The notes under the pieces: model-generated | Databases searched by the model: none | What the model was told of the DNA's origin: nothing | What the model saw: the letters and a program-made list of their open reading frames with translations, nothing else | Program-made: the position numbers and the translations under genes | Source: Hydrolagus affinis | Lineage: Eukaryota | Direction of reading: 5' to 3' | Length of the DNA: 64,000 nt | Assembly (NCBI GenBank): GCA_012026655.1 | Contig: JAAILG010000464.1 | Coordinates: forward strand, 1-64,000 | Shown: positions 13,200-25,099 of the stretch, piece after piece | How positions within the stretch are numbered: the first letter of the stretch is position 1 | How the letters are laid out: each line of letters begins with the position of its first letter

Positions 13200-13445
13200 A
13201 CTCCTCCGTGCGGAGCTGATAAGAATGATCTCATTATATTTGGCACATTTGCATGTTGCATTAACAATAGAACGGCGAGATTGATTGATAATATTTTTTA
13301 TCAATGTAATTAATTCTTAATCTGCATCATGAAGAAATATGTAATGCAATACGTGTAATATTAGCACACCTACACAGCAAAGATGTCTTCTACGTGTATC
13401 TTAGTAATGTAAATTTCAGTTAATGCATTGTGATTGTGAATCCCT
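13200..13445. promoter_or_regulatory. Candidate conserved non-coding element
   Basis: Repeat-free block with GATAAG, ATTTGCAT (octamer), AACAAT (Sox), TGATTGAT (Pbx) and several TAAT motifs. Conservation cannot be tested here. Confidence 0.35.
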
Positions 13446-15497
13446 ATGTACATGCAAGCATCAGAGTATGCTGGATGATGCAGGGGTGGATATAAAGCTT
13501 ACTAGAGTTCTGTGTGTAGCAGTGATATTATTAAAGACAGTGGTACAGGCAATTCCTACAGGTAGTTACGTAACCACTCCTACTTACCTGAAACTAAGAT
13601 GATAATTTATTTGGTCAACTGGATGTCTGTACTATGCCAAAATCACCATCCTCAACCATATGCAGACCAGACTGTCTAGCCCATCAGAAAATAAGTCATT
13701 TTGCAATCTCAAGCCTACATTTTGCCCATTTCTGTAATCCCACCATGGTTGGGTGAACATTTACCATCAATGTTTTGAGCCACAGCAACAACTATATATG
13801 ATTTTTTTTAGAAAACTTAATTTTGCTCGAAGACAAGTTACTTGCTGACTAGTCTATTACAGAAGGTCTAATTCCTGTGAGTCCTGTGAGGGAACGGGGG
13901 AAATCTGATTTGTGGCAACACTAGTAAAGTATTACATTCAATTCCCTTTTTTTTCTTTTATTTCAAAGTCAATCCTACAGGGCAAAGCTCTATTAGGATT
14001 TTAATAGGTCTTACCGGATCTAATAGGATCATATATGACATGCAGTCAACCTCTCTTCTTATTATGATTTACTATGTAACATTACCGGTTTAATGACCAG
14101 CATTGTTTCCCAAATATGTGGTAAATGCTCAATTAAGGCTCATCTCTAAACCGTCCAGTGCCTCTGCAACCTAGTTTATGTACACCTTTGGAATTTTCGA
14201 AGTTTTTTCATTCACGTTCTATCAGTCAATCCAAACTTGAAACAACAGAAATTCACGTCTTCAAACTCCAGTGAAAGCGTTGGGAAGCATCAGTAGTAAG
14301 ACATAACATTTAAAAACATTCCCCACATGTTTTCAAATGAGTGGTTCAGTTTCCTTAAAAATATATCTGAATTTTTAAGTAGTGTTAGATTTTTTTCAGG
14401 AGTTATTATTGCCACATCACTCGTCTTTTTAATGTAAGCTGTTCATTACACAAGTTAAAAGCAAACAATGTATAACTTTGTTCAATCATCTTAAAAAGTA
14501 CGAGAAAGGCAAATACATCTTGTGTCAATTTTATATTCAATGGGAATGTAGGGTCCACAGTAATCACTGCTTCTGGACATGAAAACATGGAGTACTGATG
14601 AAAATCTGTATACATTATAAACATACACAAAGGGGTGGCTTCAAAAATGCTGTGTTGTTTGGTGACTAGGAACAGCACAACTTAAGGCATGCTGATAGAA
14701 AGGTTGCCAGCTCAAATCCCAGTAAAGAGTCAGCTCCTTCAGGAGAGGAAGGAGGGGAGAAAATATTCTGCAAAAATATTCTTGTAGTCTGATCATAAAG
14801 GTTAGATGTTTGCTTTAATTCAATCAGGTAAAGCATCAGGGTTTGCGATAATATATGGACCCTTGAATTAGATGGCCGTTTGGTAACTCTCTATGAAACC
14901 CTACATTAACTTCCTTTATAGCCTGGTGTGAGTCATATGTTATGTTACTGTTTCAGTTCTGACATTATAATGCAGCAACAACTAATCTGCTCAAACTCCA
15001 TCTGTCATTTTCCACTCATCACTGAACTTCAGTTAGGTTTGGTCTCTGCAAAACTTCAGAAGAAACCATTTCAGTAAGATTTTTTGTATGTATTTTATAG
15101 AATAAAAGTATTTGGAAATGTGCTTCAAGTCTGTGACAAATCTCAATTAAATACAATGCGTGCAAAAGACTCCAGCATCACTCTTTCAGTTTTGACCCAG
15201 TAATATCTAGTGAAATAAATCCCAATGTCACTGCAAATCATGTATTTCATCACTTCAGGCCAAATCACTTGGGATTCCTCCATGCATTTGAAACAGAACC
15301 ACTTTCGCTATGCATTGTTTTCAAATCTAAGTATTTACAGTCTTATTTGCACCATGAAAGTACTATAATAAATAGTAAGAAATCCTTAACCCTCGGAATG
15401 CCAGAACCTCCAGTGAACATTGGCCTGATTGTCAGTCTGTTAAGATTTCAGCATTAGCTCTGTGACACTGAAAGAAGCATTAATATTGAAGTAATAT

Positions 15498-15566
15498 ATC
15501 AAAGTGCTCTGAGACGCCGTAGGGCATGGAGGGCGCTATATAAATCCAAGTTGTTGTTGTTGTTGT
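15498..15566 (+). mobile_element. L2/SINE tail fragment with a (GTT)n end
   Basis: AAAGTGCTCTGAGACG...GGCGCTATATAAATCCAAG(TTG)5. Confidence 0.75.
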
Positions 15567-15794
15567 AATAAAACTACCCTGATGTCAGGAGAATACTAAT
15601 CTCCCGTAAGTTTAAAAGAAGGGTCAAATATTGAAATTGAAAAGGTGGTGGTTCACCATTATCCACTCAGAAGTGTCAACAGGGAACCTAGTTGTTGTCC
15701 AGCAAGATGTCATGACCGTCTTTTGGAATTTCTCCTACCAAACTCCTGAGATAGATTGCGAGGTTTTAGATTACGTTATTTTGTGTTCCAATCC

Positions 15795-16200
15795 AACAAT
15801 TGGAACTGCAATCGTTTCTCTTCAGTTTGACTTGAAGCGCTGCAATTTAGTTTTTGAAACAAAGAACCCTGAGGTCTAAGCCACATGGTCAGGCAGTTTC
15901 ACACAACAAGATTGAATAATGAGAATGTGGGCCAAGGGTGTGTAGGAGGAGGTGCAGGACACCCACCGTGAACCGGGTACCTGAACCCTGCTGAGATTGC
16001 GGGCGATGGAGAATAAAATCTGTTTCTGTCGGGGCTAGTGAGGTTTCGACAGTGCCAATAAACCAGGTGATTCTTGAACAGTGTATTTCCATGTGCATCA
16101 GTATCTACCTGCTTTGGGTGGACCATGAATACAGTACATTTGGCCTCTAGTTCCTGCTCCTTATTGAGGACATGATCAGTCTTGGCTCTGTTTTCTGCCA
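15795..16200 (-). mobile_element. Decayed Penelope-like element, GIY-YIG endonuclease region
   Basis: Frameshifted minus-strand reading IHCSR..WFIG..., LPDH..DLRV..FKN(K)LQR..QTEEKRLQFQL. This resembles the PLE C-terminus (IRCSRCGLLYIG; HFNLPGHS.DL.V...FKNRLQRE..E..LI.KL). Confidence 0.5.
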
Positions 16201-16929
16201 AGTCAAATAGTCTGACAGTACTGGTTGCTAGGTATCAAGCATGAAGAATGGTCATTTAAGCGAGGTACAGGTGCTCAAATGGAAATATCAGTCGAAATCT
16301 GCATGTAATTTACATAGTGCCGCATGTGGGAGCACCGCTGTACAACAATAGAATGAAATATGTAGCTGAGAGGCAATACAATTTGTTCTTTCTAAACGAG
16401 AACTCTAGATTGTTACTAATTAATGGATATTGGGAGAGAGAAAAAAACTAATTGGTGATGGGTGGTTTTAATTTATTTATATCAAATATGATGGTAACAA
16501 CAGGATGCTAAAATGAAGACTGACACTCAACAGGCAACCAACTGGCAGCAGTCAGAAATGGTTTTGGAATTTGATTCTGCAGCGAGATCTCCAGAGATAA
16601 TGACATCAAGTCATTCGTTGGCTTGAACATAAACATCAGCTCCAGTATTGTAACTTAGTGCAATATGTTGCCTGTTATAATATCAAAGCTCACTCATGTT
16701 AGAAAGGTTGAGATTCATATATATATGTATATACTGTAATTATATATATTTTTTAAAAAGTGCAAATCTCAGAAAACATCTGACACAGCTCAGTAGCTGG
16801 GATTGCCGGATTGTGTAACTGGCAAGCAAACCCTTTTTTGTTAAAAAAAAATCCCAGTTCATCAGAAATTATAAAAGATTCAAAAATATGTAAGTGAAGT
16901 AGAGAGTGCAATGGTTGGACTGAATGGGC

Positions 16930-17450
16930 CCAGAGGAAGCACAAGAGTTCTACCCTTTTTGACACCGACTCACAAATGCATCGTGAAGTTTATTCGGATG
17001 GTAAATGCTGGGTACTTACTAACACTAGATCACAAGCACTCACATATGGTTAATGCTAAGATCCTTTTGCCCCCAGGAATCCAAGTAACACCATTGATTG
17101 GAATGCTGGTGCTAATCACACAAATCAAACATTTTAACAACAGGAAATGGACCACTTGGCCTTTACTCTCGAGTCACGTTAGATTCCGGCAGCAATAACA
17201 GGAACAAAAGTAACTTTGAAACACAAGCAATATTTTAGGCTGGGAGTGTGGGTTTGTGAAAGAGGCAACATTCAGCTGACAATGTTATATGCAGGAACCA
17301 CCGAGGTGTCCAAGTGCTGCAACAAAAGCTTTCTAAGTAAATAAATGACTGTTCTTACACACAGAAGATTGCAGGAATAATGTTAAAGAGATTAATCCCT
17401 TCCAAGATCAAAACCGAATCACCTTGGTTTATAAACAATTTTGGCTTATC
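16930..17450 (+). mobile_element. Decayed Penelope-like RT C-terminus and linker
   Basis: Collinear frameshifted motifs LPFL(D)T, EVY, YLL..DH.H, LYAG..EVS, L.RLIPSK.KT, LVYK, compared with PLE LPFLD/EVYRK/YL.F.SHH/PYV.G.SE/HPKDK/VVYK. Confidence 0.4.
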
Positions 17451-17671
17451 TTTGACATTGCTTAATTTTTCTCTAACACAAGAGAGCCGGAAGGATAACC
17501 TCTTCAGGATCTTCCACAATCCACCTCGCAGGAGGTGGGTCTCTTTCCAAAGGGACGTGATGTTTCACCTGACCTGATGGGAGTTTGAACAATTTATGGA
17601 GATTAGCAGGGCTGATTCAGCCAAATATTCCATTATGATGAAGGTTTTAAACACAAGGGAGCACAGTAAAT

Positions 17672-18547
17672 TAGGAATTTGGGAGGAAGAAGGGTGGGAA
17701 TTTAGCCAGATGCTGTGTTTGCCTGAAAAACAGTCACTACACTTGACAGTAATTAATTGTAGAGCACTTTGAGGCATTTTATCTTGACAACTTGCTATAA
17801 AAACGCAATTTTTTTTTACTTAAGAAGCTTGTGATTAATTCATTGCACAAAAAATGACATAATGACTATAATGACAAAAGTAGATTTAAAGCCCCCACAA
17901 AACATGCAGTTTTCTGCTGAATGTTAATGGTACAAAAATACAACCAGAGACAGCACAAGTCCAACCATTGATCATCAGACCCATGATATTTCTCCCTGCT
18001 TCACTTAAAGACCCACAATTTCTAAAGCCACCAAATCCCCCAAGAAATCATTGCAGAGCTGTTGTGAGTGGGTAGTCTGGTAAGTGTCAGCCTTGACTTT
18101 GTCACCTATTGTCACTGTCAGATCTCCTAACCATTATTCACCTTTCTGAGAGATAGAATAATTATGGCCAGGGGAAGGTACATCTCCTATCCTAAGGTTT
18201 GCCCTCTTGTCTAATAGCAGAATTTCTGGTCAAGTTAGGGCAATGTTAGTTTGACTCCTGAGAAAGTATGTTGCCTCACACCAATAAATCTAATCCATGC
18301 CTTCTGTTCTCAATCATATATAATTATATGATTATAATTATATCATCATTTGGGGGCTTTTTTATTGCAATGTTATTTTAAAACATCATTTTTATATTAT
18401 TAGTGTAGGAATTCGGGAGGAGGAAGGGTGGGAATTCAGCCAGATGCCGTGTTTGCCTGAAAAACAGTCACTACACTTGACAGTGATTAATTGTAGAGTA
18501 CTTTGAGACACGTTGTCTTGACAACTTGCTATAAAAATGCAATTTTT
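17672..18547 (+). repeat. About 142-bp direct repeat (17672-17813 and 18406-18547) containing an old DeuSINE 3' tail
   Basis: TAGGAATT(T/C)GGGAGGA.GAAGGGTGGGAATT.AGCCAGATGC.GTGTTTGCCTGAAAAACAGTCACTACACTTGACAGT...GCTATAAAAA.GCAATTTTT occurs twice. Confidence 0.95.
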
Positions 18548-18734
18548 CTCCATTACGATTCTAAACAGAAAACTGAGTATATATCAACAATTTAAAAATA
18601 CACTGAAAGAGTTAAAGTAGTAGTGTCACCCTCAAAACTAACAATTAGCAATTTTATATTCCCTTCAGGTGGCATCTCAGAAGGCTTTACAATGGAGGAG
18701 TCCAAGGCTGAGCCAGGGGTTAGTGTAATCGCAG

Positions 18735-18830
18735 TCGAAGAGAAAGATCTTCAGGCGCAACCTGAAGATGGGAAAAGAGGAGGTGAACAAAATGGTTGGG
18801 GGAGGGAGTTCCAATGTTTTGGGGGCATTT
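18735..18830 (-). mobile_element. Old L2 ORF2 3' fragment
   Basis: GAGGGAGTTCCAATGTTTTGGGGGC is the reverse complement of an AP..WNSL motif, followed by F...LK..LF-like sequence. Confidence 0.55.
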
Positions 18831-18904
18831 AAAAAAAATTAAACAAATGTACAGATGTAGAATCAGCATTAACATTCCTTTGTTTTGCTCTATGTATTCT
18901 ACAG

Positions 18905-19205
18905 CAACAACAACAAAATTGCACTTGTGTAGCACCTTTCACATCGGGTGAATGTCCCAAGGTGCTGGACAGCCAGGGTTTCAAATCGAGCCTGGGGTTG
19001 GGATCAGAGAGGGTGGAGGGAAGTGGAGGTGAAGGCGATTGATGTCACGGTCAAAGAGGAGAGTACTGATGCAGTACTTGACGGAGGTTAGGGAGGGTGC
19101 GAGGCTGTAGAATTGCGGGATAGAATTCCAAAGGTTGGGGCAGAGTGGCTGAAGGCTCACCCAACGATGGTGGGGCGGGTGGGTTGGGGGACGTGGAGCA
19201 GGACG
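18905..19205 (-). mobile_element. L2 LINE 3' end (ORF2 C-terminus, 3' UTR and (GTT)n tail)
   Basis: Minus strand reads LLHVPQPTRPTIVG*AFSHSAPT/LWNSIPQ...APSLTSVK....TLLFD, the classic L2 C-terminus. It ends GTGAAAGGTGCTACACAAGTGCAA...(TTG)n. Confidence 0.9.
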
Positions 19206-19499
19206 GAGCCTACTGAGAATGCAATCATTCTATCACCGATTGCAAATGTTGCTTTGCTTATTGGCTTGATGAACTACATTGGTCAGCTGTATTGGAATGG
19301 AGTTATTATTGCACATCCTAGTTTGACCTGGTACAAATTGTGAATGTTGATCCAGAAATACTTAATTTGTGCTCAGTCCTAGTGCAAGCCTTCTTTACTG
19401 TATCTAGCTGAAAATCCACTCCAAAGTGTTCAATTTGAATAATGTGTAAGTATGATATTGTTTTTTTTTAGAAGCTGGGCTAATGCTAATCTAAAGCAC

Positions 19500-20000
19500 A
19501 GCTCTGACCTCTCTGCTCTATGCGACGTGCCATTCAGCTCTGCCAATGCTGCTTTTCAGATGACCAATAGGACTATATACAAAAGGCCCCCGGGTGAATT
19601 GGCTTCCGTTTCCCTTACTATTTTAAAGATGTGCGTAAACTGCTTTCGCCACATCTCCCTGTCTACTCAAATAAGATCCAGTACTCACTGTCGGAATAAT
19701 GGGCGACAGCTTTAACCTACTATAGTTGGCTTCACAACCCGGGCCTTGACGGAATGAATGAATTCGCAATACATCCAAGATTTTAGGTTAATTTGAATTT
19801 AATCAGAAACCTCCTTTATAAAAATTCACAAACTTAAGTTTTTTTTAATCGCTAAAAGATTATATTTCCAAGTAATTTGTCGAAACACGATTCTTGATGC
19901 AGGCTTTTGTATTGCTGCTCACTGTTCAAGAGAATTTATTCATATTTTACTCAACAGCCTTCGATGCCGATGGACTTCGTAGAAACCTCTAGGACATACA
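19500..20000. promoter_or_regulatory. CpG-retaining patch with CCAAT boxes and a TATA-like motif; candidate promoter
   Basis: About 17 CpG in about 470 bp by hand count. CCAAT at about 19543 and 19564, ATTGG at about 19599, CTATATACAAAA at about 19572. Confidence 0.3.
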
Positions 20001-20270
20001 GTGTCATCAAAATTATTTATACACATGTCACTTGTTATTAAAATCATCACCCATTAAATAATGCTACTTTAAAGAATCACAGGTAAGTAATGTGAAGGCA
20101 ATCTTAATGAATGCAATATTAGTAAAGGATTATTTTTAGGGTTATACCTCTGGCAGTTGTTTTCTGTCACCCACTCCTCCCCACCAAAAATGTTTTTTAT
20201 AGGTCAACCAACAAATTCTGAAATGTGATCTTTTAACATAGCCGAAAGTTACAGATATTGATGATAACTC

Positions 20271-20397
20271 ACTGTGACAGCAAGAATACGGAGGTTATTC
20301 CAAGAGTGTGAAAGACCAGTAACTCCCAAACCCTGTAGGGGTAAATGAGTTCTCAGTCTTTCACAATGAGTGAAATGGCAATGTAGCTCATCACAGT
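20271..20397. repeat. Degenerate inverted repeat (MITE-like hairpin)
   Basis: Nested pairs ACTGTGA/TCACAGT, TGTGAAAGAC/GTCTTTCACA, AACTC/GAGTT and ACCC/GGGT. Confidence 0.75.
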
Positions 20398-21258
20398 AAA
20401 TTCTGTTTATCCAAAGGAAACTCTTTCACCTGCAAACATTTCTGGGTTAAACCTGTGGCTGCAGAGCTAATCAGAAGACCGAGGACTGATAAATAAATCC
20501 ATGTAATCAGTCCCTCGCCCTCAATACCAAAGTAAAAAACAACAGCGAACTTCAAGTTAGGGATTCCTTCCTACAGCCTTTCTAGCCACAGACACCTCGG
20601 AAATGAGTCACCTAAATAGGGGTAAAATGGACTTCCTATTCCTGTAGATGAGAGCTGAAAGCTGACAGACATTTTGCAAACACTTAAGGAGCTGCTGTTA
20701 AGTCAAAAGGAAAATACTGGAGCTTTTAGTACAAGGGCTTTCGATTTGATTCAAGCTCACCACAATTTCCTGTGAGTTCCTGATAGGAATATACTCTGGT
20801 GAAGTGTGAATACCAGTCTACCTCAGTGAGTACCAGTCAAATCCTGACATCTATTTGATGTTTGAAGCCACGTGGATTATCTTCTATTTGTCCTTGCAGA
20901 CATTTTGTGAAAAAAAATCACAGGTCAAAACTTCTTTGGTATTAGAAAGTAACCAGGGCACAATTGTCTTAATATCTAATTATGGAATCTGATCCATGAT
21001 ATAGGGCAGTTACATCAATTGACAATGTATTGCTGATCAAAGATGAATCACTGCAACTATAATTGCTTCTGAAAATGAAAGCTTAAGTCAGTAAGATAAT
21101 ATCCTGGTCTCCAAGCATCTGAAGTGATGTCCACTGAACATGTGCTATGCTATGTGCAAAATTCTGAACTTCTTAATCACATTTGGTAGGGAATTACCCT
21201 CACCCATAAAATAAACAGGATAGATGGGAATTGACATGAACGAAACCGTGTTATTCAC

Positions 21259-21368
21259 ATAATAATAATCCTTGGATTTTATATAGTGCTTTTCACATCT
21301 TTTAAACGTCCCAAAGCGCTTCACAGAGTATACAGTAAAGTGAATTGACTATATATTTGTGGATGTAA
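21259..21368 (-). mobile_element. SINE 3' tail fragment
   Basis: (AAT)nCCTTGG...AAAGCGCTTCACAGAGTATACAGTAAAGTGAATTGACTATATATTTGTGG. Confidence 0.88.
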
Positions 21369-21553
21369 GTTAAAAAGAGAAAGAACCTGCGCCCGCAAAT
21401 AGAAATAAAAATAAAATTGCATCAAGGTGTTTTGTGACAAAAACTAGAATTTTTAAACTCATGTTTCCAACCAGCTGTGATGAAGCAGAAGAATCGATAG
21501 TGCACTGCTCGGTAAACTAAGGTTAGGTTCAGTTCCCCAGATGTTATTCTGAA

Positions 21554-22035
21554 ACTCTGGTCAGGCTGCACCCAGACAACTGCATACAGTTCTGGTCGAC
21601 CCAAAATAAGGCCCTAGAGGAGAATTGGATCCGCAATGTTCAGAGAAATGAGCTATGAGCAACCATTATTTAGGGCTCTTGAGGGAAGTTGTCTCAGAAG
21701 CGGCCTTATACAGCTGTACACAATTTTAAATGGGAACGAAAAACTAAATTCAGAAAAATACTTTAGGATGTACCAAGGCTGTAAAACAAGAAGACACAGG
21801 TTTAGAGTTGCAAAAGGCAATTTCATGACAGATACCAGACAGACATCAGGAAGTTTTTCTTTATCCAAAAGATAATTGACAATTGAACAGGCTGCTGTTG
21901 GTAGCTTGGTCCAGGACATTGGACTCATTTGAAAAACAGAATTGATGCTGTGATGGACAGGATGATATGGTGGGTGTTCTGGGAGGATGAGATCAAGGAT
22001 GGGGCAAAGGGCCTTCTGCATCCAAATAAATGTTG
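21554..22035 (+). mobile_element. CR1 LINE 3' fragment (ORF2 C-terminus and 3' UTR), internally deleted
   Basis: LVRLHPDNCIQFWS (CR1 LVRPHLEYCVQFWS), MSYEQ..LRSGLIQLYTILNG..KTRRHRFRV.KG.F.TD.R, then a GATGGGGCAAAGGGCCTTC 3' UTR. Confidence 0.9.
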
Positions 22036-22124
22036 CAATTTTGCGACTTTTAGGGAGCCCACATACCATGTGAAGGTGTGAGCAGTTCAATCGTTCACTG
22101 CACAAGCAATATCACCTCATCTAG

Positions 22125-22235
22125 TTGTGGTTTTCACATTATTTGTAATTTTTTGTAAATTTGGCATGTGTGAGATAAGCCACAAAAACAATTATTCGAA
22201 TAACGGAAGACTGGTGAATAACAGCCCAATAAATT
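22125..22235. repeat. Degenerate hairpin (22125-22185) with an adjacent TTATTCGAATAA palindrome; possible ancient palindromic DNA element
   Basis: TTGTGG...CACAT pairs with ATGTG...CCACAA; inner ATTTGTAA/TTGTAAAT pairs with G-T wobble. Confidence 0.45.
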
Positions 22236-25099
22236 AACTAAGTATATAAAATCTTATAAAAATCTATCTGATAAGCATGCTGGTGATTATATAAAAGGGA
22301 AAAGTGACTGATTCTACTTCTTACTCATATCTGTCAATTAAAAAAACATAAAAGGGATAAGAATAGCCCCCACAGTTTTGTGAATGTAAGTATTTCCATG
22401 GTTCGTGTGCACTAATTTGACATAAGTGTTATTGAGGCCCCGAGACATGAAAACAAATTTGAATCCTTTTTTTCTGCTATTTCTTTCAAATTGTGTCACA
22501 GTAGATTTTTCACTGCAAATTGCCATGCAACACCAGTCATTTCCATCCGTGTAGAAAATAAATGCTCAGCTTCTGAAATATCACCCAATAAAAAGAGAAA
22601 ATATGGACATTTGCACTGTTTTACATTTTTCAAACGGTATTTGTGCTTTCTAAATGAAAATAAAACTTTTCGGACATGTCCTATAATTTCACTATTCTGG
22701 CAATGAATTGTAAAACCCATTGAAAGGATCACCCAATTAATAATCGGCAGGATCCTAAACACTGCCTTCACAGACTCCTATTAGAAATTCTGCTGGACCC
22801 TCATGTGGGAATATTGATTAACTTGCAGCAAGAAGACTCATTCCTTAAACTGGTGTCAAATATCTCCTTCGAGTCATAAAATGTGGCTTCAGATATTATA
22901 GAGTATTTTTCCTTTCTGGAAAAAAAATTCAGTGTTCTGTCCAACTAAACCAGGCCAAATTTGTCAGGATTTGGTCCCTTGTTCTCAACTGCTGTCAAAT
23001 ACTAAAAGTCTTCCCACGTCTATATTAATAGAGCAAAACGGCCTTTTTGCAGATTACTGTCATAGAAAAAACCACTACATTTAAATATAAAACCTAACTA
23101 AATCCGTAGATGTTTTGCTCACTGTTAGGCACATTTGAAAATGTTTTGTGCAGTATTCTCTTGTATCATGTGAAATGCAGTATGCGAATAATGTCCAGTC
23201 AAAAATGGATGGTTTTACTATAAATACAGTTTTAACAAAAATGGTTTGGCTTTGCCTTGAATTATAGTGGTACAATCAAGATCACAAAAGGATGGGTGGG
23301 GGTGGTGTCGGTGTTGCTATTTAGACTGTAAAGTATTTACCCCTGTATATGTCCCATTAGCGTTAGGTGTGAAACAAGACATACCATTGAAAAATAATCA
23401 GCATTGAAAGGTTCTTCCATAGAGCTCAGGAGACAGTCATTTGAGTGAAGCAGATGTGAAGTGAATACACTTCACTGACTTCAGGTGGAGGGATCCTCAT
23501 AGAGTGCATGCACTAGGCAGCGTTGAATCCTGTGTACACACTGATGGACTCACCGTCCTTGCTTTAAAGCTGCCTCTGCCAGATGCTGTTGTTTGTTAGC
23601 AGAGGACACAGCAAAACACAGCAGGGACAGTTTTATAAATAGGGCCAATTGTGTTTGTAACAAAAAGCTATAACCTTCTGTATGGCATTACACTTTCAAC
23701 TCTGTCGAGACATAAAAGAAAATCATAACTAAGCCGAATATTTTTATGCTTTCATAAAGATAAATTCATGTGACTCCTGCACAATGTGAATTTGTCACCG
23801 ACAGACTTTCATCAGTCATCCCATATTGCATTTCAGATCTCAAAGGTAATTGAAAGCTCAAAAAGTATTATACTGAAGACTTACAAAAAAGGAAAGTCAC
23901 AATGATAAATAAGGGGTTTAACATAACTTTTTCAGAAGGAATCACTAAATCCTGAAGCTGTCCCTGTTTATCAGATGTACTGATTAAAACAAGTGACAAA
24001 ATATATATTGAACATATACTTGCTGCTGCATATGCCCAAGAGTGTTGGGTGTGATCGTGTATTGTGTCCCACAAGGCTGAATCTCTTGATAGCTGTAATT
24101 CTTCAATTTATGCCATTGATACTGTATTCATCCTTATGATGATTGATCATAGTTTTCCTATCAAATTTGACTGTCTTGGCTTTCACACCAGAAAGGCTTG
24201 GTATTTAGTCACTGACATACCCAGTGACACATATCCCCTCCCAAGAGTTAGCACTGGTCAAAATTCAATCCATAAATTCTGAAACCTCAGCAAGGGTATA
24301 CATCACATGATGGTTAGTGCTGGCGAATGGACTTGATGGGGCTCAGATTTTGCACATTCTCTTGAGTTCATTCAATACTGATTACCTGGTGCATACACCC
24401 TCTGTTATGTAAACTTACTGATAAGAGTTAAGAGTAGAATGTACCACACAACCACTTCAGCCTCGGTAGATCACCTTTTATCCACCTGGAAAGTGTTTTC
24501 AGGAATTCTGAGTAAAGACCCTCTTATTTTCTTCTGTCCAATTTCCTTTCGGAAATTGTTCAATCACTTAGATTCCATTTCAAATAATCATCAGTACTAT
24601 TGTTATTTAAGTACTAACCACTGCTTGAACACTTAGGTAAAGCGATATCTCTGGTTGGTTGCATCTCTCAGTAAAGAGAGCAGATGATACATTATTTTTC
24701 AGATCATTGGCACAGCTAGCAAACCTGCCAGAGAGGAAACAAAGCCTTGTTCTCCATTGATCAGCCAATTCACTAACCTCGTTTAATGTAAGTTTATTAA
24801 TAGGACAACTCTTATTATAATTTCATATTGCAACTTTACCAACAAATGTCTTACTTTTCAATCAGGCTTACCTTCAACTTCTGCTTTATAACGTGTAACT
24901 TCCACCACTTCACCTGCAGAGATCTCCAAGTGGATGAGATCCAGTTGAAGCTGCCAGAGACATATTTCCTCACTTGATGCCTTCTTTGCATTTTTGGAGA
25001 GGGTTGTCCTTTCCCACGAGAAATGTCCTTTCTCCATAATTGTTTTCACCAACATTTACAAGAAATAGCTCATGAACACATTGACCTTGGGTTTAGCTG

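Noticed and set aside
21653-22105. Longest ORF (150 aa, minus strand)
   Set aside because: It is the antisense frame of the CR1 fragment.
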